A stretch of 63,290 nt of DNA, filler included, from Octopus bimaculoides (taxonomy: Eukaryota), in NCBI RefSeq assembly GCF_001194135.2. It is 5 parts of 5 records of this genome, joined end to end, with 100 filler letters (N's around TTAATTAATTAA, not from the genome) between each part and the next. Parts side by side here need not be neighbours in the genome. Positions count along the whole stretch, not along the records: positions 48,524 to 59,290 come from NC_068984.1; positions 59,391 to 63,290 come from NW_026429406.1; 3 more parts are not named here. One strand, given 5' to 3'. The notes beneath the pieces are model-generated. The model worked only from the letters and a program-made list of their open reading frames with translations. It did no database searches and was not told the origin of the DNA. The stretch's first letter is position 1. Each line of letters opens with the position of its first letter. This document shows positions 50,192-63,290 of the stretch, piece by piece. The position numbers and the translations under genes were made by a program.

Positions 50192-51109
50192 GGATCTAGT
50201 TAAGTTGATTCACAAAATCAGCCCCCGTTAATTTTGTTCAGATTGCTTTCAATTTTGGTGTATCGATGCAACTAGCCAGTTACTTTATCTCGAAAAGTAT
50301 AGAATCTGATGTTGTTTGGAATTGAAGTTGGCAAAATTTGGGTAATTTTAGCCAATCAACAAACAGCGTGGCATTAATAGCTTGTTACCGTAACAACCGC
50401 ACGCTGTGTTGTGCTTCACTTCACCTGCACGTTGTGTTGTGCAGATTCTTCACACCACGAGATTTACTTCAGCTGCGTGTTTTGTTTTTATAAAAATTTA
50501 CATTTATCAATTAGAATTTTACTGCAGAAATTTTTTGTCAATTGTCTTAATATTTTACACTTTTTTCATATATTTTTCATATATATTTTACATATATTTC
50601 GTGAAGTATTTCTGTTTACATTCGTTGCAACGAATACTTTTCAGTTTCAATTCAGAACAGGCCAGAATGAATTATTCTGTATTTTTATTGAACAACATTA
50701 TTTAATGTGTCCTTCATTTTTTTAAATATTAGAGCACAATGTGAGGGAGATTTGGCTGTTATTTCTAGCAAATTTAACAGCCTCACAGAGATTACCTCAT
50801 TTTCTTATTTGCTGATGTGTATAAATGAACAAAACTTAAAGGAAATGGATCTTTGCCTTTCGTCCTTTGAGGGTTGATAAAATCAGTACCAGTTGAATGT
50901 GTAACCAGTTCAGTTGATCATACAACTGGAATGATCATCCTAGAAACCAATGAACTTTAATTTCAAATAACATCAGATTCTTTCATTTATGAGACAAAGT
51001 AATTGGTTAATCGTAGCCAAAATTCAGAGTTGTATCGATACACCGAAATTGAAAGCAATCTGAGCAAAATTAAAGGGGGCTGATTTTGTGAATCAGTTTA
51101 ACTAGATCC
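50192..51109. mobile_element. Non-autonomous DNA transposon with ~170-bp TIRs (GGATCTAGT termini)
   Basis: 50192-50360 is the reverse complement of about 50950-51109; contains a family A fragment at about 50850-50900. Confidence 0.88.
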
Positions 51110-51186
51110 AGTTTGTACCCCTAATAGCTTATATTAGGAGTATTTATGTCAATTTCCTTTCATCTTGCATAAGCGTAGGATACACA

Positions 51187-51279
<93 letters not shown>

Positions 51280-51282
51280 ATG

Positions 51283-51327
<45 letters not shown>

Positions 51328-51859
51328 ATACATACCTAGATGCAACTTTTTCTTTTTACTCCTTTCAGTCATTAGACTGCGGCCATGCTGGGGTACCATC
51401 CAAAGCCAGATTTATAGGGGGTCGAAGAAGGCAGATGCTCCGGTGCATCCACAGATATATGGCCCTCCCCCTATGAAAGGTATGTAGCACTCAATATAGT
51501 GGGGTACCCACCTCTCAGCAATCTTGCATGCAGAGGGTCCCTTTCAATAGACAAACATATAAAAATTACTATGTGGACCCTCTTTTTAAATAAATAACCA
51601 GTTCTAACTACATTAGTGACATCAACCAATTTGCTTACCATTCCCAAAGCATCCACAATTCTCATGGGAATTGTATTTCTTTTGGGATATTGACAGAAAT
51701 GTGTGTGTGTTTGTGTGTTTGTGTGTGAGAAAGAGAGTATGGATGTATATAAATATAGATAGATTGATAAAAAGAAGTTATTTATCCTCCCTAATTCAAA
51801 TTCTTCCTTTCAGTGCATGACTGAGCACAGTGACATTAGATTATCCCCTGGCCATTAAA

Positions 51860-51902
<43 letters not shown>

Positions 51903-52324
51903 TGCTATTGTAAACATCATTTCAGGGAGGCATTGAAAACTGGTTTCATTTTATGAAAGAGCAAGTAATGTGTATATGTTCTGAAATTTAAATTTTTAAT
52001 TTACTTTTANNNNNNNNNNNNNNNNNNNNNNNNNNNNNNNNNNNNNNNNNNNNNNNNNNNNNNNNNNNNNNNNNNNNNNNNNNNNNNNNNNNNNNNNNNN
52101 NNNNNNNNNNNNNNNNNNNNNNNNNNNNNNNNNNNNNNNNNNNNNNNNNNNNNNNNNNNNNNNNNNNNNNNNNNNNNNNNNNNNNNNNNNNNNNNNNNNN
52201 NNNNNNNNNNNNNNNNNNNNNNNNNNNNNNNNNNNNNNNNNNNNNNNNNNNNNNNNNNNNNNNNNNNNNNNNNNNNNNNNNNNNNNNNNNNNNNNNNNNN
52301 NNNNNNNNNNNNNNNNNNNNNNNA

Positions 52325-52642
52325 CCTTGGGCAAGTGTCTTCTACTATAGCCTCGGGCAGACCAAAGCCTTGTGAGTGGATTTGGTAGACGGAAACTGAA
52401 AGAAGCCTGTCATATATATGTATATATATATTTGTGTTTGTGTGTCTGTGTTTGTTCCCCCCACCAACATCGCTTGACAACTGATGCTGGTGTGTTTACG
52501 TCCCCGTAACTTAGCGGTTTGGCAAAAGAGACCGATAGAATAAGTACTAGGCATCCAAAGAATAAGTCCCGGGGTCTAGTTGTTCGACTAAAGGTGGTGC
52601 TCCAGCATGGCCGCAGTCAAATGACTGAAACAAGTAAAAGAG
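52325..52642 (+). mobile_element. SINE family B (head in gap)
   Basis: CCTTGGGCAAGTGTCTTCTACTATAGCC...GGTGGTGCTCCAGCATGGCCGCAGTCAAATGACTGAAACAAGTAAAAGAG. Confidence 0.95.
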
Positions 52643-53974
52643 TATTTGTCTGAAAACATTACATTGCAAGTATTGCTTCACCATTTTGTACTCTTGCATC
52701 ATCTTTGGGAGTAAACATTGGCCACCATTGTTTTGTTGTTGTTGCAGCTGAGGCAGTTTGAAACCATCAGGTAACAAGTACTTATTTTCAAGAAATTTTC
52801 CCTCAACTTTGACCCAGTTGTAGTTGAGGCTGTTAATAAAATATCTAAACAATTTGGGATGATCAACAATCCAAATTCTTTCCTCTGTTGAGTTCCAAGT
52901 CAATTTTCCCCACACTCATGTCTAATTTGATAATTTTCAATTTTCAATTTTCAAAAACTGATGTCTAAACTGGGGCAAAATGAGTAATTACTAATTTCAA
53001 TAATCTCCTCTTTTTAACTGAATGGTGCATAAATGTATCAGGAAGAGATCCAGGTGGAATTATGCTTTAAGTACCTCATATAACATCTCATAACTTTTTC
53101 TAGTGTTTTGGAAACTTCAGAAAAGGTTTGCAAATTTATATTCTACGCATTAGAATTCATACAACTATGTAAAAACCAAAAAAAAAAAAATGTCTTTGTG
53201 TCTGATTTAAAGGCTATTTAGCTGTTATTTTTAGCACATCTCATGGCCACCTCATACCCGTCTTGTTTCTTTGTGACTCTGACGCACTGATGTTTTTCAA
53301 TAACTTTCTCCCCATAAACATGTTTAATGGTCCTTTGCTGGGATTGAAGTCAAAATTTAGGACTTTCTGTAATTAGAAAAATTAAAATTTAAAAAATTTT
53401 TTTAATTTTTTCATAGTTCTATGAATCCTCGTGTGTTTTGAAAATTCTGAAAAATGAAATAGTTATGAAGGGTTATATGAGGTGCTTAAACCAGAATTCT
53501 GCAGAAAACCACTCCAGCAGATCGTAAAGAAGCTATAGAGAATATTTTATGTTGAGTTTTTTGATTTTGTCAAGTTTTGTTAATTTCATATTATGCCATT
53601 TTCTCATGATTCCTTTTCGTTTGACCTAGATCTTGATGTGTATGAGTTTTTAACCAAATGTAATTCTGGGGAATTGAAGAGACAAATTTACCTTATTTTT
53701 TCTTACTCATTTTGACCCATCTATATTTGTCTTTTATATGCTCAAAGAGAACGGAGGTAATTTTCTGAAATAGAATTCTGAATATGTTATAGCGGTTTTT
53801 AATGCATTTAGAGAAGGTCATTTAATTAGCTGATGTAGTTTTTGTTAGTGAACATTTATAAAAATATTTTTTTCTCAAAGTCAAAGATACAGTAAATGTT
53901 ACTCATTGTGCCCCACCACCCCTTAATGGAAATAGACTTTCAGACTATTAATAATAAATCTGGGTTATTTATCA

Positions 53975-54054
53975 TTATGGCAACAAAGTCTACTTGTCAC
54001 ACTTCTCAGTCTATCGTCACTACTTCGAAGTCCTGGATATATTCGAGACTAGTG
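53975..54054 (-). pseudogene. Extreme 3' coding end of the RTE LINE, separated by the TIR element
   Basis: Minus strand continues (D)TSLEYIQDFEVVTID*EV from ...DNLIADTG at 55402. Confidence 0.6.
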
Positions 54055-55401
54055 GGATCTAGTCTTTTTCATTTACTAAATGAACCCCCTCTTAATTTTG
54101 CTCAGATTGCTTTCAATTTTGGTGTACTGATGCAACTCTGAATTTTGATTACAATCAACCAATTACTCTATCTTGTAAATTAAAGAATCTGATGTTATTT
54201 GGAATTAAAGTTGGGAAATTTGGGTAATTTTAGCCAATCAACAGACAGCGTGACATTAGCAGCTGGTTACCATGACAACCGCACGCTGCGTTGTGGTTCA
54301 CTGTTGTCTGTGCCGCTGTTGTCTATGTTGATTTTTCACACTTGATTCTTTATGCCACGAAATTCTTTTCACATGCGTGTTTTGTTTTAAGTATTCTCTG
54401 TGTTAGCATATTACATATTTTTCTGTGCTTCTGTGTGTTAGTATTTTTCTATGCTTTTTTCTGTGTGCTAGTATTTTTACATATTTTTTTATTTCATATA
54501 TTTTTGGGACTCATTGACTCAGATAGCAGGATTTATGATTTCACTAGGTTAATTCTGTTCATAAAAATTTTAATTAGGAGTATTTCTGAAACCGTTAGCT
54601 TCACATTTCAACAGCTTAACTGAAATTTAGCCCACGTAACAGGAACTGAGAGGGATATCGTGGAACAAAGAAACTGTGGGTGATACAGATAATTTGACAT
54701 TATTTTTGAATTCTGCATGCAAAAACATATAAGATACAGGTATTCTTTTCCTTGAGATAAATTCTTTATTGACCAATGTTAATCTTATCGTAGTTTACAA
54801 ATCCAAGCATGAAAACATTACTCAACTTTGGAGTTTTGGAGACAGACACTCCCTTCACACCACACACATACATGAGAGCATAAATGTACATATAAACTTA
54901 TATTTGAATACGTACATCCACATGCACTTATATATTAATGATGTACACAAATACATGATAGTTATATATAATACTGAAATACACAGAAAGTAAACACATG
55001 CAGACAAATATTAATATAAGAAATTAAAAAAATAAAACCATATAATCAATGAAGAGACAATAGAAACAGTAAGATGATACATGTTGATTTTATTAGGTAT
55101 TTCTGTTTATTTAGAAACCTACAATGAACAGGTCAGATGCTAAACTATAAATTTCACAGGGTACAACCTTAAAGTTGACACCGCTCTGCTAAACGCAGAA
55201 AATTTCTGTCTCGCTATTGGCTAAAAATATACAATTTCTTCGATTTTTAAACCTCTGTAACTTTTTCCTCCAATTTTTTTCTCCACAACATCATACCTTC
55301 AATGCAATGACACTGAAAGGCTACAATATTATAGCCAATTTTCAGATTTTTTACTGTCTTATAAAAAAATGCATATTTTGCAAATGAAAAAAACTAGATC
55401 C
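54055..55401. mobile_element. Non-autonomous DNA transposon, same GGATCTAGT family, inserted in an RTE LINE
   Basis: ~26-bp TIRs; left subterminal 54084-54305 homologous to 50222-50425; flanks AGACTAGTG / AG-CCAGTG resemble a decayed 9-bp TSD. Confidence 0.8.
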
Positions 55402-56200
55402 AGCCAGTGTCTGCAATCAAGTTGTCGATGTGCAACAATGTTTTCTTCTGCTTATATCACTATGAAGTGGGTTCCACAAGACTAATTTGGATGCTCTCGA
55501 CTTGGGATGGCGCATACAGTGATCAGATAGTCGCAGCTGTTGCTGTGCAATTTTTTTTCAGCAGGTCTCCATAAAGGCAATTCATTTGTCATATGTTGTT
55601 GCCATTTCACATTTAGAGCCATTTGTAGCATCTTTGTGTAGCAGCTATTTAGCCCATTTGATAATTTCTTTGTCAGGGTCCATATTTCCTTACCATATAA
55701 TAGCACTGATTCAACAGTTGCAATAAACAGCTTCATTTTGATTTGACTGGGCAGTTTGGTGTTCCAGTTTCTTTAGTTTGTGACAGGTTGCCCATACTTG
55801 TTTCATTCTGATCTTGATGTCGCACCTAAGTACTTGAAGTCTTCAGCAACATTCAATTTGGAACCATTCAGAACAAACAGTTCAGTATCACTTGATTGGT
55901 TGAAAGACATGTATTCCATTTTCTTGGTGTTTGTGTGCAGTCCTATCTTTGCAGCTGATACTTCTACTGTGCTGAAGAGCTGTTGAGCTTGATCTGTTAG
56001 ATAAGAGTGCTGTATCAGCTGTGATGCCCAGATCTATGATGGTTACTACTGGCACTCTCCATGATCATTGCTGGTCTATGGTGAAACCAAGGTCTTCATT
56101 ACTGTTGTCTTTTGGATTATGCTTTTGCATAATCCAATACAATTACAAGCAGTTATGGTGCTAGCATATCTCCTTGTAGCATCCCAGCAAGTATTTGAAA
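55402..56200 (-). pseudogene. RTE-clade LINE, RT domains 4-7 and C-terminus
   Basis: FQILAGMLQGDMLAP, FKYLG, KLFIATVESVLLYG.EIWTLT, LRLSDHCMRHP. Confidence 0.9.
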
Positions 56201-56204
56201 GCAT

Positions 56205-56772
56205 TTAGAATGCCAAAAATTGACTGAAAGAGAGAAAAGCTGCTGGTCCATATGAAATTCCCCCTGAAGTTATCAAGAGGTACAATCTGGATTAACTAAT
56301 ACTGGATTTTGCAAATAAGCTCTTGCAAAACCAAGAAAGTCCAGATCAATGGTCTGAGGTTAACTTCATATCAATCCCAAAGTCAGGAAACCTCAGCAAT
56401 GAAACAAACTACAAAGGAATTGCACTGTCCAATATCTCACTCAAAGTTATCAACTGAATGATCCTCAACAGGATTCAACATGTACCTGATAGCCATCAAA
56501 GACCAAATCAAAATGGATTTAGACCATAGAGAGCCACAACATCTCAGAATTTAACCCTGAGGCATATCATAGAAGTTAAATCAAGACTACTGCCTGCCTT
56601 TATAACCCTTGTGGAATTCAGCAATGGATTTGACAGCACACATTATTACAAAATATTGATGATCCTTCAAGCATATGGCATTCCAGAAGAACTAGTTCTT
56701 GCTATTGCAAAGACCTATGAGAAGAGCAGAACTCGTATGTTGTCATCTGATGGAGAAACGGAATTCTTTCAG
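56205..56772 (+). pseudogene. RTE-clade LINE, RT domains 0-3, inverted relative to its 3' part
   Basis: KAAGPYEIP, IPKSGNLS..TNYKGIAL, NQNGFRP, FSNGFDS, AYGIPEELV, DGETEFF. Confidence 0.9.
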
Positions 56773-57329
56773 AATAGTTGTCCCATATATGCTGGAATTT
56801 CACAAATTTCTTGCTTTTTTTCATGCATTGCAAAACAATGAAGGGAAGCTTTTTTAAAACAAATGTTTTAAAAATCCATGTATTTTCAATGTTTATCTCT
56901 CCCCCTCACACAAACACACATCGTACCTTTGGAACAACCACTAAAATGATATTTTTTTTTTGTTCATAATTTTCTATCATTTTATTGTATTCTACATTCT
57001 GAAACATTTGTAACTCATGTTAAAGAAAATAAATCTTACCCCTTCTTCCCTCCTTCATTGTACTTTTCACAATGAAGGAAAAATCAAACACTGTAAGTGA
57101 ATGTGTGAGAAAAAAAAATTGAATCTTGTAAAGTGTTTCTTTAAAGCGACATTTTCAGTCAATTATTTAAACTTCCTCTGTTGCTTTGTCAAACACAACT
57201 ACAGGCGTTTCATGGCTTTGAGATATAAATTTGCTAATTTCCCAAAATTTCAAATCTTGTGCACGAGGGGGCCCACTGAATTTGAAGTACCCCAGGCTCC
57301 CCTTGGTTTAAATCTGGTCCTGGTACTGC

Positions 57330-57655
57330 CTTGAGTACCGTTTAGTTGAATGCGTCGACCCCAATACTGGAACATATTTAAACCTGGTACTTATTCTATC
57401 GATCACTTTTTCCAAACCGGTAACTAACGGGCCGTAAACATACCAACAAGCGGAGTGGGGGGAGAGACGCCCGCTTACACACGCTTACACACACACACAT
57501 GTATATGTGTGTGTGTGTGTGGGGGTCCTTCAGTTTCAGTCTACCAAATCCACTCATAAGACATTGGTCAGCGAGAGGCTATAGTAGAAGACAATATACC
57601 AAGGTGTCAGGCAGTGTAACTGAACCCGGAACGATGTGGTTGGGATGCAAGCTTC
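57330..57655 (-). mobile_element. SINE family B, diverged
   Basis: GGTACTTATTCTATCGATC...CTACCAAATCCACTCA...GAACCCGGAAC.ATGTGGTTGGGA. Confidence 0.85.
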
Positions 57656-58208
57656 TTTATTTCATAAATATTTGCCATAAAGGCATTACAAAGAGGGGAC
57701 AAACAAGGAAAGACAAACATAAAAGGGGTGAAGAAGCTGTATCGATTAAGCTTCTTACCACATAGTCACATTTACGGCTATGTGAATGTGTGAGCGTGTG
57801 TGTGTGTGTGTGTGTGCGTTATTTGCTTTCATTCTTATATCTTATTTGCTTTCATTCTTATATACATATATGGTCATATTTTTTCTGGTATGACGTGCTC
57901 AGAGAGATCCTACGATAAAAATCCGCAGTGTAAGGGAACAAACTGTATCAGATTTATTTACCTCCTGTTCTAAAGGGAAATAACTTTGGTTTCCAAGCTA
58001 TGGAGGTCACCTCCGTGATTTCTCTTCTTTTATGGCTGCTTTTCAATGGTTCACACACACTCACATACACATACACATCTCTCTTTCTCTTTCTCTCTCT
58101 CCTCTCTCTTTCTCTCTCTCCTCTCTCTGGCTCTCTCTGTCCATCTATCTATCTATCCATATGAATGTATGTATGTATACACATAAATATGCTTATACGT
58201 ATGTCTGT

Positions 58209-58345
<137 letters not shown>

Positions 58346-59290
58346 TATAATCAAATGAATAAAAACGCACGATGGTTAAGTGTCAGCTCATTACAATTGT
58401 TTCTTACGTAACTTTTAATGAAGAATGAGTAACATTACATCATTATAAAAGACTGTAATCATCAGATGGGAACGTAATTTTTACAGAACGAACAGGTATC
58501 CCAGGAATGCAGCAGAGATGTGTCTGTCGAGGCCCAGCTATGAAAGGAAATGGCCAACAATGCTAACCGTTAAAATGCAATTCTTGAAAGAGTGTAATAT
58601 GATATCTAAGGTCAGTGCCCTGGGAGAAAGAGTCTGTTGAACTAGAACAGGGGTAGACTTGAGTGGGTTTTTGAAGATAATTTATAGTAGAGTAAGAATG
58701 GTGGTGATTGGGAGAGATCATAAAAAGCTATTTAGGGAAAAGAAGAAATAAATGAATCGACCGTAGGGTGAAAGAAAATTAAAAAAGATGATAAGGTAAA
58801 AAATAAAAATGCTAATGAAAATGCTAGGAAATACAATCATACACTAATAACATACGAGTCGATTCAGAGTAGGGTTGGGGTATAGGAATGCCTATCTAAT
58901 GGTTAAAAGAAACACATGAAACGTAGGGGTATACAGTGATTAATGGTTGGGAAGATAGGTGGGGAAGAGATGAGTACTGCTATCAAGCTATAAGGAATTA
59001 AAGTTATAGTAAGATAGAGTACTTTTGGTTATCTCATCCTTATTAAAAAATTGCCATTAAAAAATTGTGTTATCTCCCCACTAAAAAATTGAGTTTATGG
59101 TGGCGACAAGAGATTGGATTAAAAGAATTAGATGCTTTTTTGATTCAATACTTCAACACGTTGATTGACGTTTGGCCTCCTCGATAGCCATGGTTTGATT
59201 TGTTATAAAAATGCTATCAGATTCAATAAGGTGTTTAATTTTTTCAGTTTTCATGTTTATTAATTTTTTCTTTTTTTTTTTTTTTTTTTT

Positions 59291-59390
59291 NNNNNNNNNN
59301 NNNNNNNNNNNNNNNNNNNNNNNNNNNNNNNNNNTTAATTAATTAANNNNNNNNNNNNNNNNNNNNNNNNNNNNNNNNNNNNNNNNNNNN
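59291..59390. other. Synthetic scaffold-join marker
   Basis: 44 N + TTAATTAATTAA (59335-59346) + 44 N. Confidence 0.95.
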
Positions 59391-59426
<36 letters not shown>

Positions 59427-61611
59427 GAGATATCTCACCGTTCGCCCCCACCCCGCTCTCCAACACTCAATTCAACTCCACACACTCACATTATTTCCTT
59501 TCAACATTTCTGAAAGGCCAGCAGCCGAAACATACATCATCTCCGAGTATGTATGCACGCATGCATGTATGTATGTATGCATCTATATATTTATATATAT
59601 GTACGTATATCTATACATGTTCTATAAATATAGTTTGCTGCCAAACACAGCCATTATAACTTATAACAGTCGGAGATATTCCACCTTTCACAAACTCTTC
59701 ATCACATTTATGCGTCAGGTTCACATAACCAGTGAACTATAACTGACATGCTATCCATTATCTTGAATGGAAACGGAAGCTTGTTCCATCCTTGCCGATT
59801 CCACTATTTTCCTTCGTCATGTTACACTCCAAATAAAAGGTAAACTAACATTGCAACCAATTTCGGGAATTTCTTCTTCTTTCTTTCTTTTTGTTTGTTT
59901 TTTTGCTGTTGTTGTTTTAGAGAAGGGGTGGGGGAACAGGATTGTTTTTGTTTTTGTTGTCTTGTAGTTTTTTTGTTTGTTTGTTTGTTTGTTTGTTTGT
60001 TTTTTTTGNNNNNNNNNNNNNNNNNNNNNNNNNNNNNNNNNNNNNNNNNNNNNNNNNNNNNNNNNNNNNNNNNNNNNNNNNNNNNNNNNNNNNNNNNNNN
60101 NNNNNNNNNNNNNNNNNNNNNNNNNNNNNNNNNNNNNNNNNNNNNNNNNNNNNNNNNNNNNNNNNNNNNNNNNNNNNNNNNNNNNNNNNNNNNNNNNNNN
60201 NNNNNNNNNNNNNNNNNNNNNNNNNNNNNNNNNNNNNNNNNNNNNNNNNNNNNNNNNNNNNNNNNNNNNNNNNNNNNNNNNNNNNNNNNNNNNNNNNNNN
60301 NNNNNNNNNNNNNNNNNNNNNNNNNNNNNNNNNNNNNNNNNNNNNNNNNNNNNNNNNNNNNNNNNNNNNNNNNNNNNNNNNNNNNNNNNNNNNNNNNNNN
60401 NNNNNNNNNNNNNNNNNNNNNNNNNNNNNNNNNNNNNNNNNNNNNNNNNNNNNNNNNNNNNNNNNNNNNNNNNNNNNNNNNNNNNNNNNNNNNNNNNNNN
60501 NNNNNNNNNNNNNNNNNNNNNNNNNNNNNNNNNNNNNNNNNNNNNNNNNNNNNNNNNNNNNNNNNNNNNNNNNNNNNNNNNNNNNNNNNNNNNNNNNNNN
60601 NNNNNNNNNNNNNNNNNNNNNNNNNNNNNNNNNNNNNNNNNNNNNNNNNNNNNNNGACGCGTTATTGTATAGTAATGCCCTTATATAAATATAAATATAT
60701 ATTTCGGGAATAAATGATGGATCTTTTCCCTTATGAGGTTTTTTCACGCTAGCTACTTGATAAATTCTTGTAAAAGAATTCGTCCTATTACTGAATTTAT
60801 ATATATATATATTTATGTGTGAGTATATGCATATGCATGTGTGTATGTATATATGTATATGCGTATACATGTTTAGATGTATATGCATATTTGTATGTAT
60901 GTATATATGTGTGTGTGTGTGTATACACATACAAACACACACACACAAACAGATCATCGTTTAATGTCCACCTTCCATGCTGGCATGGGAGGGACATATA
61001 TATACATTCATATATATGTATGTATATATCTATATTTATATACATACATATACATACACATACACACACACACATATATACATATATATATGTCTATATG
61101 TACATGTACATGTGTGTACAAATATGTATGTATGGATGAATGGACAGGTGGATGGATGGATGTGTATGGATGAATGTATGTGTGTGCATTTCTTTTCGTA
61201 TGTGACAGTGAAAGAGAAAAAGAAGATATGTGTGTCATACAGAGAACAGGCCACGGCTCAGTGAGTAAGTGCACTCATGCATTGATGTGTGCATTTTGCA
61301 CACTCATGATCTGTAGATAGTAAAATAAATAACCTCTGTGAGGAGGAGGGGGAACAGGTGAGAGTAAGAGGGGGGACAAGTGGGAGGAAGAGAAGGAGAG
61401 AGGTAGGAGGAAGTGGTGGGGATAGGTGAGTGGAAGAGGAAGCGGTGGGGATGGGTGAGTGGAAGAGGAGAGGAGGGGTTGAGGAAAAGAAGAGGATGAG
61501 TGGTGTTGGTGGGGACGACAATGATAACGATGACAACAACAGTGATGATGAAAACACATTCTTATATAAATATAATGACATAAGCAATATGTGTGTTTGT
61601 CATTGTTGAAA

Positions 61612-61770
61612 GTAGCTGTGTGGTAAGTAGCTTGCTTACGAACCACATGGTTCCAGGTTCAGTCCCACTTCATGGCACCTTGGGCAGGTGTCTTCTACTA
61701 TAGCCTCAGGCCGAACAAAGCCTTGAGAGTGGATTTGTTAGATGGAAACTGAAAGAAGCCTCTTGTATAT
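61612..61770 (+). mobile_element. SINE family B head
   Basis: GTGTGGTAAGTAGCTTGCTTAC...GGTTCAGTCCC...GGAAACTGAAAGAAGCC. Confidence 0.9.
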
Positions 61771-61774
61771 ATGA

Positions 61775-62030
61775 AAGAGAAGTTAGGCAAAAGAGGAATT
61801 AGATGCAGGTGCAAGAGAGAAGACTGCACTGGTATGGTCAGATGGATGCCAACAGCTCCATAAAGAAGTGCTGATCTTTCAAGGTGGATGGAACTAGTGG
61901 AAAAGGGAGACTCAGGAAGTCATGGGATGGAGTACTGAAGGATGACCTTGAGATGTTGAACTTTTCAGACAAAATGACAAAGGACTGAGATACTTGATGC
62001 CTTGCTATACTCAAGAAGACCTGTCCTCCA
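61775..62030 (+). pseudogene. 3' coding fragment of an RTE (BovB-like) LINE
   Basis: VQERRLHWYG, SIKKC, KVDGTSGKGRLRKSWDGVLKDDL resemble RRLRWYGH...RGRPRKTW..DL. Confidence 0.75.
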
Positions 62031-62699
62031 CAGCAGAAGTGTTAAGAAACCCTGGTGAGGAGGACTGGCCTATGAGAGACCAGTGCTGGTGCCATGTAAA
62101 AAGTACTCATGCTGATGCCNNNNNNNNNNNNNNNNNNNNNNNNNNNNNNNNNNNNNNNNNNNNNNNNNNNNNNNNNNNNNNNNNNNNNNNNNNNNNNNNN
62201 NNNNNNNNNNNNNNNNNNNNNNNNNNNNNNNNNNNNNNNNNNNNNNNNNNNNNNNNNNNNNNNNNNNNNNNNNNNNNNNNNNNNNNNNNNNNNNNNNNNN
62301 NNNNNNNNNNNNNNNNNNNNNNNNNNNNNNNNNNNNNNNNNNNNNNNNNNNNNNNNNNNNNNNNNNNNNNNNNNNNNNNNNNNNNNNNNNNNNNNNNNNN
62401 NNNNNNNNNNNNNNNNNNNNNNNNNNNNNNNNNNNNNNNNNNNNNNNNNNNNNNNNNNNNNNNNNNNNNNNNNNNNNNNNNNNNNNNNNNNNNNNNNNNN
62501 NNNNNNNNNNNNNNNNNNNNNNNNNNNNNNNNNNNNNNNNNNNNNNNNNNNNNNNNNNNNNNNNNNNNNNNNNNNNNNNNNNNNNNNNNNNNNNNNNNNN
62601 NNNNNNNNNNNNNNNNNNNNNNNNNNNNNNNNNNNNNNNNNNNNNNNNNNNNNNNNNNNNNNNNNNNGATAGTTATACATTATATACATACACAGGCAC

Positions 62700-62851
62700 A
62701 GGACTGGATGTGTGGTAAGTAGCTTGCTTACCAACCACATGGTTCCGGGTTCAGTCCCACCGCATGCCATCTTGGGCAAGCATCTTCTACTATAGCCTTG
62801 GGCTAACCAAAGTCTTGTGAATGGATTTGGCAGAGAGAAACTGAAAGAAGC

Positions 62852-62911
<60 letters not shown>

Positions 62912-63140
62912 CATATGTTTGTGTGTCTGTTTGTCCCCCACAACCCCACCATCACTTGACAACCAATGTTGGTGTGTTCACATCCCTGTAACTTAGCAGT
63001 TCAGCAAAAGAGGGCAATAGAATAAGTAATAGGCTTAAAAAGAATAAGTCCTGGGACCGATTCATTCAACTAAAATGTGGTGCTCCAGCATGGATGCAGT
63101 CAAGTGACTGAAACAAGTAAAAGAATAAAAGAATAAAAGA
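62700..63140 (+). mobile_element. SINE family B, full length
   Basis: Complete head, core, TA/TATG tract and tail ending (AAAAGAAT)n. Confidence 0.95.
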
Positions 63141-63290
63141 ATACAGGTCTGTGCATAAACACTGATAAGTATATGAGTAAGTAAATAAGGAATCAGGTGG
63201 AGAGTATTTACACACACACAACACACACAGAATGCAGAATACACACAGAAAACACCAGCAAAACACACAAACACACCAAAACCGCCCACT

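Noticed and set aside
53060-53495. ~30-bp inverted repeats (TTAAGTACCTCATATAAC / GTTATATGAGGTGCTTAA)
   Set aside because: Probably subterminal repeats of a decayed DNA transposon; ends and TSD could not be defined.

Overview
AT-rich, gap-riddled eukaryotic (animal) genomic DNA made almost entirely of microsatellites, tRNA-derived SINEs and decayed transposons. The repeat make-up resembles coleoid cephalopod (Octopus-like) DNA; this is inferred from recalled repeat families, not from a database search. No intact protein-coding gene is visible, and nearly all ORFs in the supplied track are artefacts of dinucleotide repeats or N-runs. One plausible signal-peptide first coding exon (6547-6592, +, GTAAGT donor) suggests the rest of the window may be one very large intron. 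Supported content: two head-to-tail L1/Tx1-type units at 25.8-31.2 kb (an ORF1-only unit, then a divergent ORF1+EN+RT unit with a hairpin-array 5' UTR); an RTE LINE with a twin-priming-like 5' inversion, split by a TIR element (54-56.8 kb); R4/Dong-like and HERO/NeSL-like RLE LINE fragments; two mariner relics; several MITEs; four SINE families, one sharing its 3' tail with a LINE stub in the window; two minimal hammerhead-ribozyme-like motifs near 1.2 and 2.4 kb; and four 100-bp synthetic scaffold-join markers. I found no prokaryote-type system (CRISPR etc.). The most promising novel items concern retroelement biology and remain hypotheses.
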